A DNA stretch of 64,000 nt, taken from Sedimentisphaeraceae bacterium JB056 (GTDB lineage Bacteria; Planctomycetota; Phycisphaerae; Sedimentisphaerales; Sedimentisphaeraceae). Numbering within the stretch: position 1 is the first letter of the stretch; each line of letters opens with the position of its first letter. The stretch covers positions 265,178 to 329,177 of the forward strand of contig JBITAJ010000015.1 in the NCBI GenBank assembly GCA_044440125.1. The letters are read 5' to 3'. Below the pieces are notes generated by a model. The model was not told the origin of the DNA, made no database searches, and worked only from the letters and a program-made list of their open reading frames with translations. The translations under genes were made by a program, and so were the position numbers. Of the stretch, positions 22,371 to 32,130 are shown one piece after another.

Positions 22371-23345
22371 TCAAACCCCTAATAAAGCCGGATTTCCAAT
22401 AGACGTTATTTTATTATAGCGTCTGTGAAGTAAAGTGTCAACGTCTATATTTTTCAGTTCATTCAAAGTTTTTGTAATGTACATTTCCATATTGTACACT
22501 GTTTCGTTGATGTTACGATGAGCGCCGCCGAGTGGTTCGGTGATTACATCGTCAACAACTTTCAAATTCAACAGTTCCTTACTCGTAAGCTTAAGTGCCT
22601 CGGCAGCTTCATTTGCTTTTGAGCCGTCACGCCACAATATAGCTGCGCATCCTTCGGGCGAGATCACCGAATAATAAGAATATTCAAGCATAGCGAGTTT
22701 GTCACCAACTCCTATTCCAAGCGCGCCGCCGCTGCCGCCTTCACCTATAACTATAGATATTACAGGTACTTTCAGCCTTGACATTTCCATGAGATTGTAG
22801 GCGATAGCCTGTGCCTGGCCGCGTTCTTCGGCGCCTATGCCGGGATAAGCTCCGGGAGTATCGATAAGCGTAACAATCGGAATCCCGAACTTCTCAGCAA
22901 GTTTCATTTTGGCAATAGCTTTGCGATAACCCTCAGGATTGGCGCACCCAAAATTACACTCTATCTTTTCTTTGGTGTCCTTACCCTTGTTGTGGCCTAC
23001 AATAAGCACTTTTTCTCTGCCTATCTGACCAAATCCGGTAACTATCGCACGATCGTCGCCGAATACTCGGTCGCCGTGAAGCTCACGAAAATCAGTTACC
23101 ATCATTTTAAGATAATCATTCAACAGTGGTCTTTGCGGGTGTCGTGATACTTGTATCGTTTGCCACGCTGAAAGACTTGAATAAAGATTGCTGATAAGTT
23201 CAGCCTGCTGTTTCTGCAGCTTTCTTATTTCAGAAGGATTACCGTTGCCGTCTTTTTTCAGTTCGTTTATTTTATCCGCGAGCTTTGCTACTTCCGATTC
23301 AAACGGAAGATAATCTATTCGCTCGTTTATTTGTGAAATTGCCAT
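22371..23345 (-). CDS. accA: Acetyl-CoA carboxylase carboxyltransferase alpha
   Basis: RHPQRP, ELHGDR, DTPGAYPG, GEGGSGGALG, SVISPEGCA. Confidence 0.97.
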   Translation of the reverse strand: MAISQINERIDYLPFESEVAKLADKINELKKDGNGNPSEIRKLQKQQAELISNLYSSLSAWQTIQVSRHPQRPLLNDYLKMMVTDFRELHGDRVFGDDRAIVTGFGQIGREKVLIVGHNKGKDTKEKIECNFGCANPEGYRKAIAKMKLAEKFGIPIVTLIDTPGAYPGIGAEERGQAQAIAYNLMEMSRLKVPVISIVIGEGGSGGALGIGVGDKLAMLEYSYYSVISPEGCAAILWRDGSKANEAAEALKLTSKELLNLKVVDDVITEPLGGAHRNINETVYNMEMYITKTLNELKNIDVDTLLHRRYNKITSIGNPALLGV

Positions 23346-23621
23346 AAGTACTCTTTCTATAGTTTCTTATAAAACTTAAGTACGCAATAATTCCGTTGTT
23401 TATAGACTCTTTTTAAATATCAAAAGTGCGCACTTTAAGTACAATTAGGGCGTATTCTAACAATTTAGGGTGGATTTTGAAAGTTTTTTTTGAAAAAGTA
23501 AAAATCTGACTTTAAGCATTACTGATTTGGGCTATTTGTGAGTTCGGGTTTGCAGAAAATGTACGAAGTGATTGCTTTTGAAAAATAATTGAGCAAGTTT
23601 TGTTAAATTTCAAAAAAAACA

Positions 23622-23650
23622 TTGAACATTAAGGGAAGACTAACTATATT
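23622..23650 (+). promoter_or_regulatory. Putative sigma70 promoter of feoA
   Basis: TTGAAC-17 nt-TATATT. Confidence 0.4.
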
Positions 23651-23734
23651 TGTTGTCGTTATAATTATTAATGATTCGTAATATATTCAAGTGGTTCCGA
23701 TTCGGTTCGTCTATAGCTTGATTTCTAAAAAAAT

Positions 23735-23968
23735 ATGGAAAAAGAAACAATTTCACTTAATAATATTTCTTCGGGCAGAACTGTGAAGATTGCCCGTATT
23801 GATGCCGGCAGAGGTTTGAGGCAGCGTCTGGCTGCTCTTGGCTTATTGCCAGGGGCGACTGTACGTGTTATCAAAACGCTGGGTCGGGGGCAGGTTGTTG
23901 TTGAAATTTTCCAGAGCAAAACTCTTCTGGGACGCGGCGTTACTGAAAAGATATATGTAGCGGGTTGA
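23735..23968 (+). CDS. feoA: FeoA-family SH3-like protein
   Basis: LRQRLAALGLLPGATVRV...LLGRGVTEKIYV. Confidence 0.88.
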   Translation: MEKETISLNNISSGRTVKIARIDAGRGLRQRLAALGLLPGATVRVIKTLGRGQVVVEIFQSKTLLGRGVTEKIYVAG

Positions 23969-24170
23969 TTTTGTCACTTGCTGATATTTACATAATGAAT
24001 CAATACGTTTTAGTAGTATATTAATCCCGCATTCCATCTCATTGACTGAGCTTATGTTTTTGATATAATCACTTCTGTTGTTTAAGCAGTTGGATACAGT
24101 GCTTCTGATAAAATTAAAGTTTCAGTGTTCAATAATCAGCTCAATACCTTTATATTAAGGAAATCGTTAT

Positions 24171-25520
24171 ATGTTATCTTTCATAGTTATATGTTGTGCT
24201 TTGGCCGCGGGGCATTTTCTTCGTATGAAATTGCGTATACTTCAGCGCCTTTATTTGCCTTCATGCGTTATTGGCGGAATTTTTGCACTTATTGTATTGC
24301 AGTTTTTATCACCTGAAACAAAAGGCAGTTGGACAGCCGGATGGTCCAAACTTCCCGGTTTTCTGATAAATATAGTTTTTGCATGCTTATTCCTCGGAAT
24401 AAAGATACCTTCAATGAAACAGGTTTGGGATAGAAGCAGTACGCAAGTTGCTTATGGACAGATAGTTGCATGGGGACAGTATGCTGTTGGTGTTGGTGCA
24501 TGGCTTCTACTTTTACGTTGGATATGGCCTCAGCTTCCCGCTATGTTTGGGGGTGTCTTGCCTGTTGGTTTTGAAGGTGGCCATGGTACTGCGGGAGGGC
24601 TTGCACCGGTATTTGAACAATATGACTGGATTGCCGGTAAGGATTTTGCTCTCGCAAGTGCTACTTTTGGCATATTGGGGGCCATAATAGTAGGAATGAT
24701 ACTTGTCAACTGGGCGGCTCGTAAAGGTTATACCGTGAAATATGCAGAGCCAGTTGACTTGACTGAAGATGATACTATTGGTGTTATACCGATTGGGCAA
24801 AGACCATCTGCCGGTAGGCTTACTGTGAATTCAGATGCTATTGAGTCTACAAGCCTTCATCTTGCTATCGTCGGAATAGCATGTCTCATTGGATATTTAA
24901 TTAAACAGGGGCTTGTCGGTATTGAGGCTAGCAGTGAGCAACTCAGCAATCTTGGTTTGCTTAAGGGTTTTCCACTGTTTCCGCTTTGTATGATAGGCGG
25001 TATTATTATCCAGCTTTGGGAAGACAAGTTTGATAAGCACAACCTTATTGATCTTGGCATAATGAGGCGTATTCAGAATACAGCCCTTGATTTTCTTGTT
25101 GTTGCCGCAATTGCGACAATAAAACTTAGTGTTGTGGTGCAGGGTTTGCTGCCCTTGGTGATACTTGTTACGCTGGGAATATTGTGGAACGTGGTTTGTG
25201 TTATGTTTCTTGCAAGGCGTGTCTTTAAAGACAGTTGGTTTGAGCGGTCTATTGCGGAGATGGGACAGAGCATGGGTGTTACCGCTACTGGACTGCTGCT
25301 TCTGAGAGTTGTGGACCCTGATTATGAAACACCGGCTGCGGATGCCTTCGCATGTAAGCAGATAGTTCATGAGCCGTTTATGGGTGGTGGACTCTGGACA
25401 GGTATGGCAATACCGCTGTTGGCAATAAAGGGCGGCTGGTTCGTGTTTATTATTGCTTTGGCTGCTATTTTTATCTGGTCAATTGTAATACTTGCGTTGA
25501 AAAAGGCATCATCTTCATAA
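24171..25520 (+). CDS. gltS: Sodium/glutamate symporter (GltS/ESS family)
   Basis: LYLPSCVIGG, GFEGGHGTA, GQSMGVTATG; multiple TM segments. Confidence 0.85.
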   Translation: MLSFIVICCALAAGHFLRMKLRILQRLYLPSCVIGGIFALIVLQFLSPETKGSWTAGWSKLPGFLINIVFACLFLGIKIPSMKQVWDRSSTQVAYGQIVAWGQYAVGVGAWLLLLRWIWPQLPAMFGGVLPVGFEGGHGTAGGLAPVFEQYDWIAGKDFALASATFGILGAIIVGMILVNWAARKGYTVKYAEPVDLTEDDTIGVIPIGQRPSAGRLTVNSDAIESTSLHLAIVGIACLIGYLIKQGLVGIEASSEQLSNLGLLKGFPLFPLCMIGGIIIQLWEDKFDKHNLIDLGIMRRIQNTALDFLVVAAIATIKLSVVVQGLLPLVILVTLGILWNVVCVMFLARRVFKDSWFERSIAEMGQSMGVTATGLLLLRVVDPDYETPAADAFACKQIVHEPFMGGGLWTGMAIPLLAIKGGWFVFIIALAAIFIWSIVILALKKASSS

Positions 25521-25533
25521 AGTGAGCTGTTTA

Positions 25534-25595
25534 ATCTAAGAATTATATAAAATTCTTAGATAAGACGCTTGACAACCTGCTCTAATTTCTATAAT
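25534..25595 (+). promoter_or_regulatory. Perfect palindrome plus consensus -35/-10 upstream of the secretin operon
   Basis: ATCTAAGAATT-N6-AATTCTTAGAT (25534-25561); TTGACA 25569-25574 and TATAAT 25590-25595 with only a 15-nt spacer. Confidence 0.5.
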
Positions 25596-25664
25596 GGGTT
25601 ATTGATATATTTTTATTCAATAGTCATTATTTATATTGTGAGCTTGGCTCAGGCAAGGATTAAG

Positions 25665-26888
25665 ATGAGAAAGTTAGCAGTGGTTTTGTTGCTTGGTGTT
25701 ACATTGTCTATGGCGGCTTCAACCGAAGGTGACCACCAGAAGAACAAGCAGAATGTTATAAATCAGCTTGAGCAGCTTTTTCAGCCCGAACCCATTAAGC
25801 CGCGAATTGTTCTCGATGACGAGGAACCATATCTAAAGGTTGTTGCTGGATCATCGGGGAATTCCACTCTCATATACATGTGCAGGTATTCCGACTGCAA
25901 GGAAGTTTCCGATGGACTTGAAGCGGTTATAAGCCGAAACGGTCTGATAGAGGAAGCTGAAGATAAGAATATGGTTGTTGTCAGCGATACTGATGAAAAG
26001 ATCGAGGAGATCAGACAGGTTATCGTGGCCATGGATGTTCCTGTTCCTCAAATACTTGTAGAAGCTAAAGTTATAGAAGTATATACTACTGATCAGTATG
26101 ATCAGGAACTAATGTTTGATTATAATCAGAACTCTGATACCCTTGGAGTTGGGGCAAATGCTTATGGCGGCGGAGTTGATATTGATAAATTAAGCAAATC
26201 TGATATGTTCAATTTCTCTCCTTACTCTCTTGGCGTTTCCGGACAGATAAATAATTTTGGATTCTTCTTTGACTGGCTTAAGACTGCCAATAATGCCCAG
26301 ATACTGTCGTCTCCCAACGTAGTTGTCTCACTGGGTAGTCAGGGAAATATTGTAACAGGTGATGATTTGCCTATTCAGTCTACATCCACTACCGGCAGTA
26401 CGGTAAATACTGATATCAAATATAAAAGAACTGGTATAACACTTGATGTTTCGCCTGTACGTATTAATAAGAATACTGTTAAGCTCAAGGTAAATCCTCA
26501 GGTGAGTACGGTTACGCGATACGAAAAATTCAATGAATTGAATATTCCTGTCGTTTCGATTAGAGATGTGGAGACAGAGCTTACAGTGAGAAACGGCGAG
26601 ATAATAATGCTTGGCGGTCTTTACTCCACCGAAGAGCTTACTGAAGAGAAAAAGGTGCCTCTGCTTAGTGATCTGCCTCTTTTAGGTGAATTATTCAAAT
26701 CCAGAAATGACACTACTCAGATAAAGCAGCTTATCTTTTTCATGAAGGTTAATATTGTTGAAAATTCCGCCTCTACTTTTGTTGATGTTGAGGATAATGC
26801 ATCAAAGATGCGTAGTGCAGGAGAGACAATCAAGGCATCAAAGCAGCTTTTCCCGGGCGATGATGACAGTCAGGATAAAGGAGAGTGA
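25665..26888 (+). CDS. Minimal secretin (GspD/PilQ superfamily): signal peptide, one N3 domain, secretin barrel
   Basis: NMVVVSD...MDVPVPQILVEAKVIEV; ILSSPNVV; GITLDVSP; RDVETELTVRNGEIIMLGGL; KVPLLSDLPLLGELFKS; probable start MRKLAVV at 25665. Confidence 0.92.
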   Translation: MRKLAVVLLLGVTLSMAASTEGDHQKNKQNVINQLEQLFQPEPIKPRIVLDDEEPYLKVVAGSSGNSTLIYMCRYSDCKEVSDGLEAVISRNGLIEEAEDKNMVVVSDTDEKIEEIRQVIVAMDVPVPQILVEAKVIEVYTTDQYDQELMFDYNQNSDTLGVGANAYGGGVDIDKLSKSDMFNFSPYSLGVSGQINNFGFFFDWLKTANNAQILSSPNVVVSLGSQGNIVTGDDLPIQSTSTTGSTVNTDIKYKRTGITLDVSPVRINKNTVKLKVNPQVSTVTRYEKFNELNIPVVSIRDVETELTVRNGEIIMLGGLYSTEELTEEKKVPLLSDLPLLGELFKSRNDTTQIKQLIFFMKVNIVENSASTFVDVEDNASKMRSAGETIKASKQLFPGDDDSQDKGE

Positions 26889-26890
26889 TT

Positions 26891-28354
26891 ATGTTTCGAA
26901 GGATAATTTGTCTTTTGATACTTGTCACGCTGACATTTTTTATAAATGGATGTGAGAAAAAGGTCAATGCTGATGAGGGTGGTGATTCTAATCTGGATAA
27001 GTATTACACCGTAGCTCCAAGAGAGATGCTTTTGGGTATTACTCAATCCGGTACGATAAATTCAGTTAAAAATCATAAGATCAGATATGAAGCGTCATAC
27101 AATACCCAGATCAGTTGGGTCATTGAGGAAAACAGTCTGGTCAGTAAAGATGAGCCTCTTATAAAATTTGATGATGAAGAGCTTAAATCCAAGATAGAAG
27201 AGCTTCAAAACTCTCTCGAGAACAGCAAGAAGGAACTTGCCATAGCAGAGGAGGAGCTGGAGATACAGAAGAGTGAAAACCTGGCGAATTTGAAAAAGGC
27301 TCAGGATGATGTGACTACTGCTGAGGAAAATCTATACAAATACCTTCGTCTTGAAGGACCGAAGGCCAAAGATAAACAGGCAGTGGATGTGGAAGATGCT
27401 CTTGATGCGCTGAATGAAGCTCAAAAAGCTTATGATGAAGCCCATGAAACATATAAGACAACAGTATACGACAATCAGGACGACAAGGAAAAAGCAGAGA
27501 AAAAACTTGAATCACTATTGAGTACTGTTGAGAAGAAGAAGATTAACTATGACAATGTCTTGATTGATGACAAGATATTCAAACGCTATACTTATCCCAA
27601 CAGGGTTGATAATCTTGAAAATGCTCTTGAGCAGAGCAAGCTCAATCTTAAGAGGGCTCAGGTGAGGGCAAGGTCGAGCATTGTTCAAAAGAATAATCAG
27701 ATTCAAAGACACCAGAATAATATTGAACGTTATCAGAAAAATCTCAAGAGACACGAAGAATATCTTACTATGATGGAGCTCACTTCTCCTGCTGAAGGCA
27801 TAATACTTTATGGCGATACCGACCAGAGATGGCACAGAACTGAGCCTAAGGAAGGTATGAATGTTTATAAGGGGCAGGTGCTTGCGACTATTCCAGACCT
27901 CTCTGAGCTGTTGGTTTATATGGATCTTCCGGAGATCTTTCGTTCCAGAGTTGATGTAGATGATGAGGTAGTTATCACAATTGAGTCGATTCCGGGGCTT
28001 GCGGTAAAAGGTAAGGTCATAGAGATTGCCGCCTTACCTACCAACCAGTTGTTCTTTGATCCTACTTCACCAAAGATTTACAAGACAAAGATAGAGGTTG
28101 AGGATAAGGATGAAAGGATGGTTACCGGAATGAACGTTCAGGTTAAGGTTATATCCGAGAGGCTCAAAGATGTTCTTTCTGTGCCGATTGAGGCTGTTTT
28201 TGAAAATGATGGTAAATTGTTCGTATATAAATCCGGAGAAATGGGCTCGAAGATATGTTATGTGGAGATAGGCGAGTCGAATGATGATTTTGTCCTGATA
28301 AAGGATGGCATTGAAGAAGGGGACAAAATATGTCTCTTTGAACCGGTTGAGTAA
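26891..28354 (+). CDS. Periplasmic adaptor (HlyD/MacA-type), lipoprotein with long alpha-hairpin
   Basis: Lipobox INGC; lipoyl halves (WVIEENSLVSKDEPLIKFD / LTSPAEGII) around about 200 aa of coiled coil; GMNVQVKV, VLSVPIEAV, GIEEGD. The SD AAGGAG lies inside the secretin 3' end. Confidence 0.88.
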   Translation: MFRRIICLLILVTLTFFINGCEKKVNADEGGDSNLDKYYTVAPREMLLGITQSGTINSVKNHKIRYEASYNTQISWVIEENSLVSKDEPLIKFDDEELKSKIEELQNSLENSKKELAIAEEELEIQKSENLANLKKAQDDVTTAEENLYKYLRLEGPKAKDKQAVDVEDALDALNEAQKAYDEAHETYKTTVYDNQDDKEKAEKKLESLLSTVEKKKINYDNVLIDDKIFKRYTYPNRVDNLENALEQSKLNLKRAQVRARSSIVQKNNQIQRHQNNIERYQKNLKRHEEYLTMMELTSPAEGIILYGDTDQRWHRTEPKEGMNVYKGQVLATIPDLSELLVYMDLPEIFRSRVDVDDEVVITIESIPGLAVKGKVIEIAALPTNQLFFDPTSPKIYKTKIEVEDKDERMVTGMNVQVKVISERLKDVLSVPIEAVFENDGKLFVYKSGEMGSKICYVEIGESNDDFVLIKDGIEEGDKICLFEPVE

Positions 28355-28359
28355 GTAGA

Positions 28360-28378
28360 AGGCATTAGGCACAAGGCA
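28360..28378 (+). repeat. 7-bp period repeat (AGGCA x3)
   Basis: AGGCATT AGGCACA AGGCA in the 36-nt spacer. Confidence 0.5.
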
Positions 28379-28390
28379 AAAGTTGAATAT

Positions 28391-29092
28391 ATGCAGCATT
28401 GTAGTGAAAATGTTATAGAGCTTAAGGATTTGTATAAGAGTTACAGGCTCGGCAAAAACGATGTTCCCGTACTTAAAGGTATCAACTTCACCGTTAAAAA
28501 GGGTGAGTATGTCGGTGTTATGGGTGCTTCGGGTTCCGGTAAGACTACGTTTTTGAATTTGCTTGGTCTGCTTGATCTTCCGAGCGAAGGAAGCTACTTG
28601 CTTGAGGGTGTCCAGACTAATTCTCTGGGAGACAGGGAATTGGCAAGGTTGAGGAATAAACGAATCGGCTTTATATTTCAGAATTTCAATCTTTTCGGCT
28701 ATTTGTCGGTAAGACAGAACATCGAAGTGCCTCTTGTATACGGCAATGTTGCGAGGTCGCAGCGAAAAGAGGTTGCTGAAGAGCTGGCTGAAAAGCTTGG
28801 GCTCTCTCATCGTCTCAAGCACCTTCCAGGGGAGCTTTCCGGCGGTGAAAGACAGAGGGTTGCGATTGCAAGGGCTTTGTCTACAAAGCCTGCATTTTTG
28901 CTCGCCGATGAACCTACAGGAAACCTCGATGAGAAAACCGGTGAGGATGTGCTTGAACTTTTTGAACAACTGCATACCGAAGTTGGTACGACGATTGTAT
29001 TCGTTACTCACAACCCAAATTATGAGAGTTATTTCCACAAAGTAATGCATCTTCGTGATGGAGTATTGGAGCAGGCAGATGAGAATAAGTGA
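28391..29092 (+). CDS. ABC ATPase, MacB/LolD type
   Basis: GASGSGKT, IGFIFQNFNL, LSGGERQRVAIARAL, LADEPTGNLD, VTH. Confidence 0.95.
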   Translation: MQHCSENVIELKDLYKSYRLGKNDVPVLKGINFTVKKGEYVGVMGASGSGKTTFLNLLGLLDLPSEGSYLLEGVQTNSLGDRELARLRNKRIGFIFQNFNLFGYLSVRQNIEVPLVYGNVARSQRKEVAEELAEKLGLSHRLKHLPGELSGGERQRVAIARALSTKPAFLLADEPTGNLDEKTGEDVLELFEQLHTEVGTTIVFVTHNPNYESYFHKVMHLRDGVLEQADENK

Positions 29093-30347
29093 TCTTTACA
29101 GGTTGTCATTCCATAATCTCTTTCAGCACAAGGTAAGAAGCGGGCTTACTTCTCTTGGTGTTATTTTCGGTATTGCCAGTGTTATTGCGATGCTTGCGAT
29201 TTCTGAAGGTGCGAGAATCGAGTCTTTATCTCAGATACAGTCGATGGGAATTAATAATATCATAATCTATACAAAAAAGCCCTCTGTGATAGGAAAAGGC
29301 TCCAGTTCTACAGAATCTAATATCGTAGAGGAGTATGGTATTACAGAGAATGATATAGACCATCTCAAGCTGCTCGATAATATAGATATGATCACTACCC
29401 TTACCGATTCACGGCAGAATATTCTTTCAGGAACTACACTGCTTGATATAAAACTTGTCGGCGTTGAGTACAATTTTATGGATACTTGTGCCGCGCAGAT
29501 GGTTCGGGGAAGGTGGCTCAGTATTGTAGACAATAAGAATCTCTCCAGGGTTTGCGTTATCGGAAAAGATGTCAAGCGTAAGTATTTCGGCATAGGTACT
29601 ATGGAGGTCATAGGCAGAACGATTCAGGCCAAGGATAGTGTCTGGCGAATTGTCGGTGTCATAGAGGACGATACCGGCACCGAACTTGCTAATCTTGGAA
29701 GTATCAATGATATGGTGCTTGTTCCAAGTGAAACTCTTCTTCAGGAAAAGGATGGTTATTCTTATTCGCTCAAACGAAGCAATACCAGCATTACTGTCGT
29801 GAGGTATGATGCGGTTATTGCCAAGATGAGAGAGCTTAGTTTTATCAATAATACTGCGAGTCGTATCGTTAATTACATGAATAAGGCTCATAAGAAGACT
29901 AAAGATTGGGACGTAATAATCCCGTATTCGCTGTTTAAGCAACGCCAGAAGACCCAGCAGATATTCACTATTGTTATGAGCTCTATTGCGGGCATTTCGC
30001 TGATTGTCGGCGGCGTGGGTATAATGAATATTATGCTTGCCAGCGTATTTGAGAGGAGGAAAGAAATTGGTACAAGAAGGGCACTCGGTGCCAAGAAGTC
30101 TGACGTTTTGCTTCAGTTTCTTGTGGAGACGGTTACTTTGACCGCTCTCGGCTCGCTGATAGGAATCGCGACAGGCATTGCTCTGGCTCAATCAGTCGCG
30201 TACTATGCAGGCTGGCCGGTGATATATTCGTACTGGATAATGGTAGCGGCATTCTTCATCGCGTGTACGATAGGAATTGTTTTCGGTACATACCCTGCAA
30301 TGAAGGCATCAGCCCAAAACCCGATAGACGTACTCCGAGCGGAGTAG
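29079..30347 (+). CDS. MacB-type ABC permease (MacB_PCD + FtsX)
   Basis: RSGLTSLGVIFGIASV, ISLIVGGVGIMNIMLASVFERRKEIGTRRALGA, YPAMKA...PIDVLRAE; start overlaps the ATPase stop. Confidence 0.95.
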   Translation: MRISDLYRLSFHNLFQHKVRSGLTSLGVIFGIASVIAMLAISEGARIESLSQIQSMGINNIIIYTKKPSVIGKGSSSTESNIVEEYGITENDIDHLKLLDNIDMITTLTDSRQNILSGTTLLDIKLVGVEYNFMDTCAAQMVRGRWLSIVDNKNLSRVCVIGKDVKRKYFGIGTMEVIGRTIQAKDSVWRIVGVIEDDTGTELANLGSINDMVLVPSETLLQEKDGYSYSLKRSNTSITVVRYDAVIAKMRELSFINNTASRIVNYMNKAHKKTKDWDVIIPYSLFKQRQKTQQIFTIVMSSIAGISLIVGGVGIMNIMLASVFERRKEIGTRRALGAKKSDVLLQFLVETVTLTALGSLIGIATGIALAQSVAYYAGWPVIYSYWIMVAAFFIACTIGIVFGTYPAMKASAQNPIDVLRAE

Positions 30348-30539
30348 CGAACGCGGTTACCAGTGTTATGGTTATAGGCCAATTAGCTTTAATAAGTCCT
30401 CAAAACGTAAATTCAGTAATCCAGTCTAAAATATCATCCAGCAAATCATTTGATTAGTCTCTTGACAACTCAGAGTAAATCATGTAATAATATACAATTC
30501 TCACTAATAGAATACCGTATTAATTTTCGAGGAATTATT

Positions 30540-31205
30540 ATGAATATAACAAAAATATGCTTTTTGGCAGTACTGGTCGCTATATGCGGGGGGTGTTCAT
30601 TTTCTGTCTCTCAGGATAAGGACAAGGATCTTTCTTCTCAAAAGGCGATCAAAGCTGATGCTTTGGCCAGTTATTTTGATATTGCCGGCTCTAATGGTGC
30701 CGCGTATCTTACAAAACAGAGTCATTCATACATTGTTGATTCGCTCAAAATGAAAGCATCGGCTGTGGAGCCTGCTGGTAAATATGAGATGACATTTAAT
30801 GGCTCATCAGTAAGTTTCAGTGGCACCAACGGTGAAAAATACTGGAGTACTGAGATGGCCAGACTTCTTGCCGCCTCTTTCTCTATATCAGCCGGTTATG
30901 AGACACCTAAGACTTTAGGTTACGACAAACTTGAAGGTTCGGTAAGAATCCAGGGTATTCTTTACAATGTTTATGAGAAGAATAAAGGTGAGAGTGTATT
31001 TAAGCTTTATTCAAGAATCTCCGATGGTGTGATCAATCGCCTTGAGATCAAAGAGGGCAACGGTGCTTATTCATCATTCTGTTACAATGCCTATTATGAG
31101 CCGTCTTTGGATAATGTTGTTATGCACAATATTGATATATATGAAGGTGCAGGCGACAGCATTGATACGAAACTCATATATAGCGTTAAGTATACTAAAT
31201 TCTGA
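30540..31205 (+). CDS. Hypothetical lipoprotein
   Basis: MNITKICFLAVLVAICGGC lipobox-like; GAGG upstream; own TTGACA at 30463. Confidence 0.65.
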   Translation: MNITKICFLAVLVAICGGCSFSVSQDKDKDLSSQKAIKADALASYFDIAGSNGAAYLTKQSHSYIVDSLKMKASAVEPAGKYEMTFNGSSVSFSGTNGEKYWSTEMARLLAASFSISAGYETPKTLGYDKLEGSVRIQGILYNVYEKNKGESVFKLYSRISDGVINRLEIKEGNGAYSSFCYNAYYEPSLDNVVMHNIDIYEGAGDSIDTKLIYSVKYTKF

Positions 31206-31218
31206 TTATTGAAAGTTA

Positions 31219-32112
31219 ATGATGAGCTCAGATGTTGGTTCTGATGCAAAGATACGCCAAATAACTATTTTTGGAGCTGTTCTTAATTTTCTGCTTTCCG
31301 TTGTAAAGGTAATAGCAGGTCTCTTATTCGGCTCCATGTCAGTTGTCGTTGACGGTTTACACTCGCTAAGCGACCTGGTTACAGATGCCGCTGTACTTAT
31401 CGGTGTTCAGCTTTCCAGAAGAGAGCCTGATGAGAAACATCCATACGGCCATGAGTGGTATGAAACATTCACTACAGTAGTGATCTCAATCCTTCTTATC
31501 ATTACCGGTGTTCTTTCGATATATAAATCAGCATCAGGCAGTACTGAAATATGCGGCAGCGGATGTTTTGCAGGGCTTATACTTGCATCGCTTTTATCAA
31601 TAGTACTCAAGGAATTACTGTACCGTAAAACCTGCGTTGTGGCTAAGGTTACAAATTGCAGCAGTCTTTATGCCAATGCCTGGCATCATAGAAGTGATGC
31701 CATGAGTTCGTTTGCTGTTCTTGCAGGGCTCGTGGCGCAAATGCTTGGTTTTGAGTATGGTGATCGCTGTGCGGCTGTTATTGTGGGGGCTCTCATAATC
31801 GCGGCGGCAATGAAGCTTCTGGCCGGTACGATGAGAGATTTTACTAATGCCGCAGTCGATAAAAAGATAATTGATATGGTTGAGGGTATAGTGAAATCCA
31901 ATCCCGCCATACGTCAGATGCATAAGCTGCGATCAAGAAGTGTAGGCAGGGAAATTTTTCTTGATTTTCATATACTTGTTGACAGTAGTCTGAGTGTCGT
32001 TGAGGCTCATAAGATAAGCATGGATGTAGAACACCAGATCAGTGATACAATGACTATGCCGGTTAATATAATAGTTCATATTGAACCTGATGAACCTTGT
32101 TTCTGGAAGTAA
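31219..32112 (+). CDS. Cation diffusion facilitator transporter (FieF-like)
   Basis: HSLSD, HPYGH, HHRSD, VHIEP. Confidence 0.92.
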   Translation: MMSSDVGSDAKIRQITIFGAVLNFLLSVVKVIAGLLFGSMSVVVDGLHSLSDLVTDAAVLIGVQLSRREPDEKHPYGHEWYETFTTVVISILLIITGVLSIYKSASGSTEICGSGCFAGLILASLLSIVLKELLYRKTCVVAKVTNCSSLYANAWHHRSDAMSSFAVLAGLVAQMLGFEYGDRCAAVIVGALIIAAAMKLLAGTMRDFTNAAVDKKIIDMVEGIVKSNPAIRQMHKLRSRSVGREIFLDFHILVDSSLSVVEAHKISMDVEHQISDTMTMPVNIIVHIEPDEPCFWK

Positions 32113-32130
32113 TTATAGTGAGGAGGTAAG

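Noticed and set aside
28067..29050. 327-aa minus-strand ORF
   Set aside because: Antisense shadow of the ABC ATPase and adaptor genes, with no motifs of its own.
29427..30191. 254-aa minus-strand ORF and the many other short overlapping ORFs in the track
   Set aside because: They lie opposite or within well-supported genes and show no recognisable domains or RBS.
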